DNA of 64,000 bases from Gammaproteobacteria bacterium. Lineage in GTDB: Bacteria > Pseudomonadota > Gammaproteobacteria > JBCCGL01. This document shows positions 54,992-64,000 of this stretch, piece after piece (positions within the stretch are counted from its first letter, which is position 1; every line of letters begins with the position of its first letter). Both the position numbers and the translations under genes were made by a program. Below the pieces are notes generated by a model. It was not told where the DNA came from. It ran no database searches and saw only the letters and a program-made list of their open reading frames with translations. Location of the stretch: contig OZ255836.1 of the NCBI GenBank assembly GCA_965277715.1, positions 1,216,001 to 1,280,000 on the forward strand, in the 5' to 3' direction.

Positions 54992-56575
54992 GTGATTAAA
55001 TTCCTCCTCAACGAAACCCCCGTGGAGATTGCCGATGGCGATCCCAATCTGACGGTATTGGATTACCTGCGTACACACAAAAACCTGTGCGGTAGCAAAG
55101 AGGGCTGCGCCTCTGGCGACTGTGGCGCCTGCACGGTGGTGCTGGCCAGCCCCAGTAACACCAGCCTCAGTAACACCAGCCCCAACAGCAATGCAGCAGC
55201 CGATAACCCATTGGAATACAACGCAGTGAATAGCTGCATCACCTTTATCGGTGCGCTGCACGGCAGGCAATTACTCACTGTCGAACACCTGGCACACCAG
55301 AATCAACTGCACCCGGTACAACAGGCTATGGTGGACTGCCACGGCTCACAGTGTGGCTTTTGTACACCGGGGTTTGTAATGTCGATGTTTGCGCTTTACA
55401 AAAACCCCGCCTATAGCAAACCCTTCAATAACAACCCCCCCAATAACAAACCCGATAGCAAATCCAGTGACAACGCGGACAATAACAAGGTAAGTAGTGC
55501 AGCAGAACACCATCACCACGCCATTATCGAAGAGGCACTATCAGGCAATTTGTGCCGCTGCACAGGCTATCGCCCAATTATTGAGGCCACTCAAATGGCG
55601 TGTAACAACCCGGTGGACGATCAATTTAGCCAACACCAGCAGTCGGTCACCCGGCAGCTTGCAGCGATAACACAAACAGCCTCGCTAAGCGATAAAGCCA
55701 CGGGGAACGACACTTTCTACGCCCCCACAACAGTCGAACAGCTCGCTGAACGACTCGCCCGACAACCCCACGCCCGCTTGAGTGCTGGCAGTACTGACCT
55801 GGCCCTGGAGGTCACCCAGCAGTTGCGCCCTGTCACCCCGCTGATTTACCTCGGGCGGGTGGCGGAGCTACTCGCTATACAGGAAGCGCCGCAGCAGTTC
55901 CGTATCGGGGCAGCGGTCAGCTATTCACAGTGTTACGCGACGGTGCGCAACGCCTACCCCGCATTCGCCGATATGCTACTGCGCCTGGGGTCACGGCAAA
56001 TTCGCAACCAGGGAACACTCGGCGGCAATATTGGCAACGCCTCACCGATCGGTGACACCCCCCCTGTGCTGATCGCCCTGCGCAGCCATATCGTGCTGGC
56101 ATCACAGCGGGCAAACCGGGAGATCCCGCTGGAAGATTATTTCCACAGTTACAAGCAAACCGATTTGCAGCCCGGTGAGTTTATCCGCGATATTTTATTG
56201 CCAAAACCCCTGCCGGGTTACCGCCTGCTGGTCTATAAAATCAGCAAGCGGTTTGACGATGATATTTCGGCCATACTGATGGCCATTTGGATCCATTATG
56301 ACGGTGACACTGTCGCGGATATTGTCATCGCCTGCGGCGGCATGGCGGCCACACCTAAGCGGGCGATACACTGTGAACAGGCGTTGCTGAATAACCCTTT
56401 GAACGATGAGACGATTGCCGCCGCACAACGCGCACTGGACAAAGACTTTCAGCCCATTGACGATGTGCGCGCCAGCGCCCACTACCGTCTTCAGGTGGCG
56501 AAAAACCTATTGACCCGCCTGCACCTTGAACTGACCGAACCCGATGAGCAAACGCAGCTTAACCAACATGCCTGA
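54992..56575 (+). CDS. xdhA: Xanthine dehydrogenase small subunit (2Fe-2S/FAD)
   Basis: KEGCASGDCGAC, QCGFCTPG, GNLCRCTGY, ISKRFDDDIS. Confidence 0.95.
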   Translation: MIKFLLNETPVEIADGDPNLTVLDYLRTHKNLCGSKEGCASGDCGACTVVLASPSNTSLSNTSPNSNAAADNPLEYNAVNSCITFIGALHGRQLLTVEHLAHQNQLHPVQQAMVDCHGSQCGFCTPGFVMSMFALYKNPAYSKPFNNNPPNNKPDSKSSDNADNNKVSSAAEHHHHAIIEEALSGNLCRCTGYRPIIEATQMACNNPVDDQFSQHQQSVTRQLAAITQTASLSDKATGNDTFYAPTTVEQLAERLARQPHARLSAGSTDLALEVTQQLRPVTPLIYLGRVAELLAIQEAPQQFRIGAAVSYSQCYATVRNAYPAFADMLLRLGSRQIRNQGTLGGNIGNASPIGDTPPVLIALRSHIVLASQRANREIPLEDYFHSYKQTDLQPGEFIRDILLPKPLPGYRLLVYKISKRFDDDISAILMAIWIHYDGDTVADIVIACGGMAATPKRAIHCEQALLNNPLNDETIAAAQRALDKDFQPIDDVRASAHYRLQVAKNLLTRLHLELTEPDEQTQLNQHA

Positions 56576-58898
56576 AGCCTCTATCACGCCCTCCCACGTC
56601 CAGTCTGATGGCCCAATCGGTCAGCCACGCACGCACGACAGCGCCGTGCAACACGTCAGCGGCAAAGCGCGCTACATTGACGATATTCCCGCGCTGCAAA
56701 ACCAGTTGCACGCCTACGTTGGCCAAAGCAGTGTCGCACACGGCACCATCACCGCGATGGATCTGACGCGGGTGCGCAATGCCGAGGGCGTGGTCGATGT
56801 AATCAGTGCCGCCGATGTACCCGGACAACTGGATATTGGCCCCGTGTTCCCAGGCGACCCCATGCTGGTAGAAAGCGAGGTGAACCATTATGGCCAAGCG
56901 GTCTTTGCCGTGCTCGCCAGCAGTTACCAGGCGGCGCGCAAGGCGGCCCAACTGGCCGACATCCGCTACGCAGAGGCCCCCCCTGTGTTGGATACCGATA
57001 ACGCACTGGCACAACAGTTGTTTGTGCGCCCCACCCATCATATGCAGCGAGGCGATGCCGAAGCGGCGCTACAAAGCGCTCCGCATTGTGTGCAAGGTCA
57101 GCTCGCCATCGGCGGCCAGGAACATTTTTACCTTGAGGGGCAGGTTTCGCTGGCAGAGCCTGGCGACGATGGTGGTATGCTGATTCACACCTCATCACAA
57201 CACCCTTCTGAGGTTCAAAAGCTGGCCGCTGAAGTGCTGGCTATTCCTTTTAACCAGGTCACCGTGAGCACGCGCCGCATGGGTGGTGCCTTTGGCGGCA
57301 AAGAGACCCAGGCAGCCGCCTGGGCGTGCATTGCGGCGCTGCTGGCACAACGCAACCACTGCGCGGTGAAACTGCGCCTGGCACGCCGCGACGATATGAT
57401 CCTGACGGGTAAACGCCACCCTTTTTCGGCCCGCTACCGGGTGGGCTTTGATACGCAGGGGCAATTGCTCGGCATCGAACACCTATTGGCCGGTGCCTGT
57501 GGTCACTCCCCCGATCTCTCCGATCCCATCGTCGATCGCGCTATGTTTCATTGTGATAACGCCTATTACCTGCCCAACGCCGCAGTCACAGGCTATCGCT
57601 GCAAAACACACACAGTTTCCAACACCGCTTTTCGCGGCTTTGGCGGCCCCCAGGGTATGCTGGCGATGGAGGCGGCGATAGACGATATTGCGCGGGCGAC
57701 AAACCGTGACCCACTGGATATACGCAAACAGAATTATTACGGTGGTGAGGGCAGAGAGACGACACATTACTACCAACAGGTCGAGCATTTCACCGTACCG
57801 GCAATGACCGAACAACTGGAAAAAGACTGTGCATACCGCGCCCGCCGCCAGGCCATTACCACCTTCAATCAACACAGCCGTGTGCTTAAAAAAGGCCTGG
57901 CACTCACCCCGGTTAAATTTGGCATTTCATTTACCGTGACCCACCTGAATCAGGCCGGTGCGCTGGTGCATATTTATACCGATGGCAGCATTCACCTCAA
58001 CCACGGCGGCACAGAAATGGGCCAGGGTCTCTACACCAAGGTGGCACAGATCGTCGCCAGTGTCTTCTCAGTCGATGTCGACCGCGTGGGTATCTCGGCG
58101 GCGCGCACCGACAAAGTGCCCAACACCTCGCCAACAGCCGCCTCTTCGGGCACCGACATCAACGGTATGGCCGCGCTCAATGCAGCGACAAAAATCCGCC
58201 AGCGCTTAATCGATTTTGCCTGCGAGCACTACAGTGTCGACAGTACACAGGTTGCCTTTGCCAATAATCGGGTCACCGTCGGTGAGCAGATTGTCGCGTT
58301 TGCAGACCTGGTTCAGCAGGCGTATATGCACCGCATTTCCCTCTCGGCAACCGGTTTCTACCGCACCCCCAAAATACATTACGACCGCGACAGCGCCCGT
58401 GGCCGACCATTTTTCTACTACGCCAATGGCGTCGCCTGTAGCGAGATGATGATCGATACCCTCACCGGAGAGAGCCGCTGCCTGCGCGTCGATATTCTGC
58501 ACGATGTGGGCCGCTCCATTAACCCCGCTATCGACATTGGCCAGATTGAGGGCGGTTATATTCAAGGCCTGGGTTGGTTAACCAGCGAACAACTGGTATG
58601 GGATAAGCAGGGGCGCTTACTCAGTGACTCGCCCGCCACTTATAAAATCCCCGCGATCAGCGATACACCCGCCATTTTTAACGTGCAATTACTGGCCGAT
58701 TCACCCAATGCCGAGGCGAGTGTGTTTCACTCAAAAGCGGTGGGGGAGCCGCCGCTGATGCTGGCAATATCCGCCTGGTGTGCAATACGCGATGCCATCG
58801 CCTCATTGCGGGATTACCGCTTCAGCCCCCAGCTCGACGCACCGGCAACCCCGGAAAACATACTCACCGCCATCGGGCGGCTACCTGAAACACCCTGA
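56568..58898 (+). CDS. xdhB: Xanthine dehydrogenase molybdopterin-binding subunit
   Basis: GQEHFYLE, RMGGAFGGKE, AFRGFGGPQ, SKAVGEPP. Confidence 0.96.
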   Translation: MPEASITPSHVQSDGPIGQPRTHDSAVQHVSGKARYIDDIPALQNQLHAYVGQSSVAHGTITAMDLTRVRNAEGVVDVISAADVPGQLDIGPVFPGDPMLVESEVNHYGQAVFAVLASSYQAARKAAQLADIRYAEAPPVLDTDNALAQQLFVRPTHHMQRGDAEAALQSAPHCVQGQLAIGGQEHFYLEGQVSLAEPGDDGGMLIHTSSQHPSEVQKLAAEVLAIPFNQVTVSTRRMGGAFGGKETQAAAWACIAALLAQRNHCAVKLRLARRDDMILTGKRHPFSARYRVGFDTQGQLLGIEHLLAGACGHSPDLSDPIVDRAMFHCDNAYYLPNAAVTGYRCKTHTVSNTAFRGFGGPQGMLAMEAAIDDIARATNRDPLDIRKQNYYGGEGRETTHYYQQVEHFTVPAMTEQLEKDCAYRARRQAITTFNQHSRVLKKGLALTPVKFGISFTVTHLNQAGALVHIYTDGSIHLNHGGTEMGQGLYTKVAQIVASVFSVDVDRVGISAARTDKVPNTSPTAASSGTDINGMAALNAATKIRQRLIDFACEHYSVDSTQVAFANNRVTVGEQIVAFADLVQQAYMHRISLSATGFYRTPKIHYDRDSARGRPFFYYANGVACSEMMIDTLTGESRCLRVDILHDVGRSINPAIDIGQIEGGYIQGLGWLTSEQLVWDKQGRLLSDSPATYKIPAISDTPAIFNVQLLADSPNAEASVFHSKAVGEPPLMLAISAWCAIRDAIASLRDYRFSPQLDAPATPENILTAIGRLPETP

Positions 58899-58908
58899 AA
58901 TCACGGGC

Positions 58909-59781
58909 ATGGATAACTGGATTAACGCCATAGGGCACTGCCAACAGCGCAACCAACCCTTTGTACTGGTGACGCTGCTGGCGGTACGTGGTTCTACACC
59001 ACGCAATGCCGATAGCAAAATAGTCGTCACCCCCAGCCAGGTATTCGACTCCATCGGCGGTGGTAACCTCGAACACCAGGCGACCATCAAGGCGCGCAAG
59101 CTACTCGGCGATGACAACCCCCAAAAATCCATCGAGGAATTTTCGCTGGGTGCCTCGTTGGGCCAATGCTGCGGCGGACATGCCACTCTACTGTTTGAAC
59201 CCTTCTCGGCAAACCCGTTTAATGTGGTGTTATTTGGCGCGGGCCATGTGGCCAGTGCACTGGTAAAAATACTGTCTGAGCTACCGTGCACACTGCATTG
59301 GTACGATTCACGCGAGGCGTTTGTCGAGCAGCACACCGATACCCGGCGGCTGGCCTTTCACGACGCGCCCGAATCGTTGGTCGATACAGCCCCCGCCGGG
59401 ACAAGCTTTCTGATAATGACTCACGATCACGCGCTGGACTTTGTGTTATGCGGGCAGGTGTTGGATCGCCACCGGCAAAAACAGGATGTGGAATTTTGCG
59501 GCTTGATCGGTTCAAACAGCAAAGCCGCCAAGTTCCGTAAACGCCTGGCTTACAAAGGGTTTGATTCGACCAGTATCGGGCATTTACAGTGTCCGGTTGG
59601 GCTGGTCGGTATTCCCGGCAAACACCCCATGCAAATAGCCGTATCGATTGCGGCTGAGTTAATACAGCGGCAGGCGGCAGAAAATACACCGGGCGATAAA
59701 GCCTCAGATGATAAACCCTCTATCAATAAAACCCAGGCCAGTGTACCGCGAGAACAACTGTTAAAGCTGATACGGGCTTAA
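58909..59781 (+). CDS. xdhC: Xanthine dehydrogenase accessory protein
   Basis: GSTPR, IGGGNLE, LGQCCGG, FGAGHV, MTHDHALD. Confidence 0.94.
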   Translation: MDNWINAIGHCQQRNQPFVLVTLLAVRGSTPRNADSKIVVTPSQVFDSIGGGNLEHQATIKARKLLGDDNPQKSIEEFSLGASLGQCCGGHATLLFEPFSANPFNVVLFGAGHVASALVKILSELPCTLHWYDSREAFVEQHTDTRRLAFHDAPESLVDTAPAGTSFLIMTHDHALDFVLCGQVLDRHRQKQDVEFCGLIGSNSKAAKFRKRLAYKGFDSTSIGHLQCPVGLVGIPGKHPMQIAVSIAAELIQRQAAENTPGDKASDDKPSINKTQASVPREQLLKLIRA

Positions 59782-59833
59782 ACGGGTGCCGTCGACAACC
59801 GGCTAAAAATTGGCCAACAACCGGAAACAAGCG

Positions 59834-60175
59834 ATGAGCCAGATAACCACACATATTTTAGACACCAGCACCGGCACCCCAGCGGCTAATATACCGTTGC
59901 ATCTATCAAAAAGAGTTGATGGGCAATGGCTGGATATCGCCTCTGGCATCAGCGATCAGGATGGCCGTGTCGGCGACTTAATTGACGACGGCTGTGTATT
60001 GGACGCAGGTGATTACAAGCTGTTTTTCGATACGGCGCACTACTTTACCTCGCTGGGTAAACCGGGGTTTTACCCCTGGGTCGAGGTCGTGTTCAGTATC
60101 GCTGGAGACGGCCGACACTACCATATCCCCCTATTGCTCTCGCCCTTTGGCTACTCTACTTATCGCGGTAGTTAG
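59834..60175 (+). CDS. uraH: 5-hydroxyisourate hydrolase
   Basis: ITTHILDT, DGR, HYHIPLLLSPFGYSTYRGS. Confidence 0.96.
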   Translation: MSQITTHILDTSTGTPAANIPLHLSKRVDGQWLDIASGISDQDGRVGDLIDDGCVLDAGDYKLFFDTAHYFTSLGKPGFYPWVEVVFSIAGDGRHYHIPLLLSPFGYSTYRGS

Positions 60176-60189
60176 CGGAGCCGTTAACG

Positions 60190-61485
60190 ATGCCATCACT
60201 CAGCGCTCACCGGGGCCAGATTCTGCACCTGCTCGACGACCCTGGGAATGATTCAGGTGCATACGAATTTATCGAAGACGGTATTTTGCTGGTCGATGAA
60301 GGGTGTATCAGCGCCTGCGGGCCAGCCGCTGCACTGCGGGAAAAACTGCCGCCGGAAACCCAGGTTCTGGAGCACAAAAATGGCCTGATAACCCCCGGTT
60401 TTATCGATACTCATATTCACTTTCCACAGTGTGACATCATCGCCTCCTACGGCACCCAGCTACTCGACTGGCTGGAAACCTACACATTCCCCACCGAGGC
60501 ACGGTTCAACGACAGGCAACACAGCGACGCCACCGCTGAATTTTTCCTCGACGAGTTATTGCGCAACGGCACCACCACCGCGCTGGTATTTGGCACCTCG
60601 CACCGGCAATCGGTGGAGAGTTTCTTTACTGCGGCGCAGCGCCGTTCGCTGCGGATGATCTGCGGCAAGGTAATGATGGATCGCAACGCCCCAGAGGCAC
60701 TGTGCGACACCCCCGAATCGTCGCGGGTCGACAGCCAGTTATTGATCGACCGCTGGCACGGTAAAGACCGGCTCGGCTACGCCGTGACCCCGCGCTTTGC
60801 CCCCACCAGCTCCCCTGAGCAATTGACCATTGCCGGGCAGTTACTGACGACAAACCCAGGCGTACACCTGCACACACACCTGGCAGAAAATGCCGACGAG
60901 TGCGCGTGGGTGCACTCGCTGTTCCCCAACAGCGACAATTACCTCGATGTTTACGATCACTATGGTCTGCTGGGTAGGCGCTCGGTATTCGCCCACGGTA
61001 TTCACCTCACCGATAGCGAGTGGGCTCGCCTGGCGCAGAGCGAATCGGCGATTGCCTTCTGCCCTACGTCCAATTTGTTTATCGGTAGCGGCCTGTTTCG
61101 CCTGGCACAGGCCAAAAAGTACCAGGTCAACGTCGGCATGGGCACCGATGTGGGCGGTGGCGACAGCTTTTCGCTGTTGAGAACCCTCAATGAGGCCTAC
61201 AAAACCCAGCAACTGCTGGCCTATAACATCGACGCGCTGCAAATGCTTTACCTGGCGACACTCGGCGGTGCGCGTGCGCTGGATCTGGACAACTGCATCG
61301 GCAATTTCGAGCGGGGCAAAGAAGCCGATTTTGTCGTGCTCGACTACGCTGCCACCCCATTGATTGCGCGCCGCCAAAACACCTGTCAATCCATCCATGA
61401 ACGCCTGTTTGCGCTGTTAATGCTCGGTGATGACCGCGCCATTCGCTCAAGCTGGTCACTCGGACGTTGTGTACATGAACGCTGA
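60190..61485 (+). CDS. guaD: Guanine deaminase
   Basis: PGFIDTHIHFPQ, LLDWL..YTFP.E, TPRFAPT, GTDVGGG. Confidence 0.95.
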   Translation: MPSLSAHRGQILHLLDDPGNDSGAYEFIEDGILLVDEGCISACGPAAALREKLPPETQVLEHKNGLITPGFIDTHIHFPQCDIIASYGTQLLDWLETYTFPTEARFNDRQHSDATAEFFLDELLRNGTTTALVFGTSHRQSVESFFTAAQRRSLRMICGKVMMDRNAPEALCDTPESSRVDSQLLIDRWHGKDRLGYAVTPRFAPTSSPEQLTIAGQLLTTNPGVHLHTHLAENADECAWVHSLFPNSDNYLDVYDHYGLLGRRSVFAHGIHLTDSEWARLAQSESAIAFCPTSNLFIGSGLFRLAQAKKYQVNVGMGTDVGGGDSFSLLRTLNEAYKTQQLLAYNIDALQMLYLATLGGARALDLDNCIGNFERGKEADFVVLDYAATPLIARRQNTCQSIHERLFALLMLGDDRAIRSSWSLGRCVHER

Positions 61486-62491
61486 ACAATTTATTCAAAA
61501 TCTGCCAAAAGCTGAGCTACACCTGCATATCGAAGGCACATTTGAACCCGAGCTGATGTTCGCCATCGCGCAACGAAATAATATTGACCTGCCCTACCGC
61601 AGTGTCGAGCAACTGCGCGAAGCGTACAACTTTTCCAACTTGCAGGATTTTCTGGATATTTATTATCAGGGGATGAATGTTCTGAGAACACAGCGGGATT
61701 TTTACGAACTGACGCGTGACTACCTGGCCCGCGCTCATACACAAGGTGTTCGTCATGTGGAAATATTTTTCGATCCGCAAGGGCACGTGAGCCGTGGCAT
61801 TTCATTTGAAACAGTACTGGACGGTCTGCACCAGGCGCTCACCGAAAGCGAAGCAATGCACGGCATCAGCTTCCACATTATCATGTGTTTTCTTCGCCAC
61901 CTCGACCAGGATGATGCCTTCAAAACACTGGATATGGCGATGCCATACCGCGACAGAATAATCGGTGTCGGCCTCGATTCATCCGAGCGCGGCAACCCGC
62001 CTGAAAAATTCACCGGGGTGTTTGCCGCCGCCCGCCAGGCCGGTTTTCGCTGTGTGGCACACGCGGGTGAAGAAGGCCCGGCGGACTACGTGCGCCAGGC
62101 GCTGGATCAGTTGCAAATCGAACGCATCGACCACGGCAATGCAGCGCTCGATGACCCCGCGCTGGTCAATTACCTGGCCAAACAACAAATTGCCCTGACC
62201 GTTTGCCCACTCTCCAACCTCAAGCTATGCGTGGTCGACAGCGTCGATCAACACCCGCTGCCCACGATGCTGCGCCATAATTTATGCATCACCTTAAACT
62301 CAGACGACCCTGCCTACTTCGGTGGTTACATCAATGAAAACTACCAGGTGATGCAGCAGGCTTTTTCGCTGGACATTGATACATTGGCCACACTGGCCAA
62401 AAACAGCTTTACCGCATCGTTCGCATCACAGCAGCGCATTAACACCTGCCTGGATGCGGTAGATGACTATCTAAAACAATGCAATCAGTGA
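61475..62491 (+). CDS. add: Adenine/adenosine deaminase
   Basis: PKAELHLHIEG, HAGEEG, CPLSN, NSDDPAYFG. Confidence 0.92.
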   Translation: MNAEQFIQNLPKAELHLHIEGTFEPELMFAIAQRNNIDLPYRSVEQLREAYNFSNLQDFLDIYYQGMNVLRTQRDFYELTRDYLARAHTQGVRHVEIFFDPQGHVSRGISFETVLDGLHQALTESEAMHGISFHIIMCFLRHLDQDDAFKTLDMAMPYRDRIIGVGLDSSERGNPPEKFTGVFAAARQAGFRCVAHAGEEGPADYVRQALDQLQIERIDHGNAALDDPALVNYLAKQQIALTVCPLSNLKLCVVDSVDQHPLPTMLRHNLCITLNSDDPAYFGGYINENYQVMQQAFSLDIDTLATLAKNSFTASFASQQRINTCLDAVDDYLKQCNQ

Positions 62492-62500
62492 GTTAACCCT

Positions 62501-63853
62501 ATGCGCTTATGGATAAAAAACCCACTCGCAATTCACGCCCCCCATGCACGCGACGCGGGCGGTGGTCTGGTGATCGAAGACCAGCTTATCGCAGAAGTCG
62601 TGCCCAATGGCGGTGCACCGGAAAAGCCGGTCGATAACACATTTGATGCCAGCGAACACGTGGTGCTGCCCGGCCTTATCAACACACACCACCACTTTTA
62701 TCAAACCCTGACCCGCGCCTGCCCCACCGCGCTGAATAAGCCTCTATTCCCGTGGTTGAAAAGCCTGTACAAAATCTGGGCTGGCCTGGATGACTCCATG
62801 ATCGCGCTATCAACCCGGCTCGCCAGCGCCGAATTACTACTCTCAGGTTGTACGACCAGCGCCGATCACCACTACCTCTTCCCTGAAAAAGCGCGCCATG
62901 CACTCGATACCCAGGTAGAGGCCATTGGCGATACCGGCATCCGCGCCACCCTCACACGCGGCTCAATGAGCCTCGGCGAAGACCAGGGTGGGCTGCCACC
63001 TCGCAATACGGTGCAAACAGAGGAAGACATTCTTGCCGACTGCGAAGCCGTTATTGGCAAATACCACGATGGCAGCGCCAACAGCGCATTACAAATCGCC
63101 CTAGCCCCCTGCTCGCCTTTTAGCGTCTCCACAGACTTAATGCGCGAATCGGCGCAACTGGCGCGGCGGCACGGCGTACGCCTGCACACGCACCTGGCAG
63201 AAACACACGATGAAACCGCGTTTTGCCTGCGCCAATTTGGCATGCGCCCGGTGGATTACCTGGAATCAGTCGGTTGGCTATCAGACGATGTCTGGCTGGC
63301 ACACGGCATTCATTTCTCAGCAGAGGAAATCCAGCGCCTCGGCGCGCAGCGCGTTGGCATAGCCCATTGTCCCAGCTCAAATATGCTGCTCGCATCAGGC
63401 ACCTGCGCGACCCTGGACAGCGCCGCCGCCGGTAGCCCAATCGGTATAGGCGTGGACGGTTCAGCCTCCAATGACGGTTCCAATATGATCCAGGAGCTTC
63501 GCCAGGCACTGCTATTACAGCGCCTTCATTACGGTGCAGAGCGCATCAGCCATCAGGTTGTGCTGAACTGGGCCACCGAGGGGTCAGCCGCCTGCCTGGG
63601 CCGTAGCGATATTGGCCACATCAATCCGGGCATGCTCGCTGACCTGGCCTTGTTTCAACCGGACGAATTGCGTTTTTCAGGTGTTGGCGATCCGCTGGCT
63701 GCGCTGCTGCTGTGTGGTGCTCACCATGCCGATCATGTCATGGTGGGTGGACAGTGGAAGGTAAGCAAAGGTGAACTGTTAACACTCGACACCGATCAAT
63801 TGATGCACGAACACCAGGTTGCGGCCAAACACCTGCTAAAAATAGCGACCTGA
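62501..63853 (+). CDS. 8-oxoguanine deaminase (amidohydrolase)
   Basis: NTHHHFYQTLTR, APCSPFS, HCPSSN, GVDGSASND. Confidence 0.88.
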   Translation: MRLWIKNPLAIHAPHARDAGGGLVIEDQLIAEVVPNGGAPEKPVDNTFDASEHVVLPGLINTHHHFYQTLTRACPTALNKPLFPWLKSLYKIWAGLDDSMIALSTRLASAELLLSGCTTSADHHYLFPEKARHALDTQVEAIGDTGIRATLTRGSMSLGEDQGGLPPRNTVQTEEDILADCEAVIGKYHDGSANSALQIALAPCSPFSVSTDLMRESAQLARRHGVRLHTHLAETHDETAFCLRQFGMRPVDYLESVGWLSDDVWLAHGIHFSAEEIQRLGAQRVGIAHCPSSNMLLASGTCATLDSAAAGSPIGIGVDGSASNDGSNMIQELRQALLLQRLHYGAERISHQVVLNWATEGSAACLGRSDIGHINPGMLADLALFQPDELRFSGVGDPLAALLLCGAHHADHVMVGGQWKVSKGELLTLDTDQLMHEHQVAAKHLLKIAT

Positions 63854-63855
63854 TA

Positions 63856-64000
63856 GTGGCAGATACAGCACCGCAAAAAAACATGGTCGTTGGTCGGGTA
63901 CGCGCTTACAAACAGAAAAAAATCCTACGCGCCGCAGAACAAGAGTTTGAACAATACGGTTACGGTGGTGCACGGATAAAACGCATCGCCGAACGCGCCG
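63856..64000 (+). CDS. TetR/RutR-family regulator, 3'-truncated by the window edge
   Basis: Manual translation from GTG: ...GRVRAYKQKKILRAAEQEFEQYGYGGARIKRIAERA (TetR helix 1 and HTH start). Confidence 0.75.
   Translation, partial: MADTAPQKNMVVGRVRAYKQKKILRAAEQEFEQYGYGGARIKRIAERA

Noticed and set aside
54827-55270. 147-aa minus-strand ORF across the xdhA start, and the many other short overlapping ORFs in the track
   Set aside because: Antisense or alternative-frame shadows of well-supported genes, with no recognisable motifs

Overview
A gene-dense chromosomal window from a gammaproteobacterium (inferred from efp/epmA, fimV, fimX, prmB and the cvpA-purF synteny). Left part: a phnS2T2U2-type putative 2-aminoethylphosphonate ABC transporter, Na+/Pi cotransporter, rmuC, Trm112, a PA0069-type radical SAM protein, a dimethylglycine/sarcosine dehydrogenase, mdh, an orphan msrQ, agmatinase, prmB, sco-PCuAC-psd, efp-epmA plus an unknown HExxH protein, fimX and parC. 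Middle: yccU-metY and the conserved leuCD-leuB-asd-fimV-truA-trpFBA-accD-folC-dedD-cvpA-purF block. At about 45.3-49.95 kb there is an AT-richer decayed Tn3-family island (IR, two tnpA fragments, resolvase-like HTH fragment, LysR, truncated FAD oxidoreductase, DMT transporter, SDR). It is preceded by a 175-bp self-complementary IS1380/ISEcp1-like MITE with a 5-bp target duplication. Right part: a purine uptake/catabolism cluster (BMP ABC transporter, xdhABC, uraH, guaD, add, 8-oxoguanine deaminase, partial TetR) with a RutR-type operator. Best novelty candidates: an EpmC-like HExxH protein coupled to epmA in a locus lacking epmB, the fold-back MITE, a family of YTAR-flanked mini-palindromes, and a probable ATT start codon. 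I saw no rRNA, tRNA or CRISPR array. All family assignments come from motif recognition, not database searches.
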